From: Squalus acanthias | Taxonomy: Eukaryota | Length of the DNA: 64,000 bases | Assembly (NCBI GenBank): GCA_030390025.1 | Contig: CM059425.1 | Coordinates: 171,556,001-171,620,000, forward strand | Direction: 5' to 3' | Part shown: one piece after another, positions 63,360-64,000 of the stretch | How the letters are laid out: every line of letters starts with the position of its first letter | Numbering within the stretch: the first letter of the stretch is position 1 | Program-made: the position numbers and the translations under genes | The notes under the pieces: model-generated | What the model saw: the letters and a program-made list of their open reading frames with translations, nothing else | The model's database searches: none | What the model was told of the DNA's origin: nothing

Positions 63360-63665
63360 GCTGAAACTAAAAGAGAAACTGCATCTAAGAGAGAAACACA
63401 AATTAATATCTCAGGAAGAATTCTGTTCAAAATATAAAACTGTTTTCTTTCCTTACAGATGCTGACTGACCTGCTGTACATTTCCAACATTTTCTGTTTG
63501 TATTTCAGATTTGCAACGTCTGCAGTTTTTTTTCCCGTTTAATCCTGAAAAAGGAAGGCAGGTTCATGTTTGAAGTGTGAACCTTCATCTAAAGAGTCCC
63601 ACTTGAAACACTGACGTGTCTCGCTCATTTAGGTGCTGATCGAACTGCTGTGTATTTCCTTTTTT
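63360..63665. mobile_element. Very old PLE family B terminal remnants, in direct and inverted pieces
   Basis: cagatgctgactgacctgctg...tttccaacattttctgttt resembles 45633-45678, with a second degenerate copy near 63590-63660. The hammerhead cores are decayed. Confidence 0.45.
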
Positions 63666-64000
63666 AAAAAAAAACTTCAGATAAACATTATTGTTTGTCA
63701 TCAAAACTACATTCTGGGCTGGCTACATTGCTTGTAACTTAATTATACAAGTGTAAAGTTGCAACAGGTGCTTTAGTGGCACTCTTAACTCTCTGGAAAG
63801 TTCCACTGCAACTATAGGAACTGCTCTTCACAGCAAGAATCTTGGTTATTCAAAGGCATGCAGTAGCTGAGGCAGTAAATGTGTTGATGATTTAATGGGC
63901 TATGGCATGATGTGGGAGAGAGCACAGCCAGTCCTGCTCTTGTAACACAATTACTCTTTTCTTTCTGTAAATGTTATTCTGGGTTGGTGTCTCATTTTCA

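Overview
Eukaryotic, repeat-dominated DNA, most likely from a shark or ray (elasmobranch). This call rests on the repeat families: HE1-type V-SINE, SacSINE1-type DeuSINEs, HER1-type CR1 LINEs and L2 LINEs. I could not identify a host protein-coding gene, so the window looks intronic or intergenic. The long ORFs are all retroelement-derived. The most structured signal is a set of Penelope-like elements (PLEs) from two families. Family A has four copies: a 2.8-kb copy with an open RT plus GIY-YIG frame and a 512-bp inverted 5' arm, a 5'-truncated 1.6-kb copy, and two non-coding hairpin mini-copies. Family B has two copies, one only 96 bp long. Every copy carries a minimal type I hammerhead ribozyme motif, seven motifs in total, and the copies covary in a way that supports the fold. 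Hammerheads in PLEs are an established phenomenon; the local architecture is what I report here. The right end holds an apparently full-length CR1 (about 51.1-62.25 kb) split by four nested insertions: two antisense CR1s, a PLE, and a 1135-bp TG...CA putative solo LTR with a 4-bp target-site duplication (TSD). All coordinates were read by eye, and the ends of old repeats are approximate.
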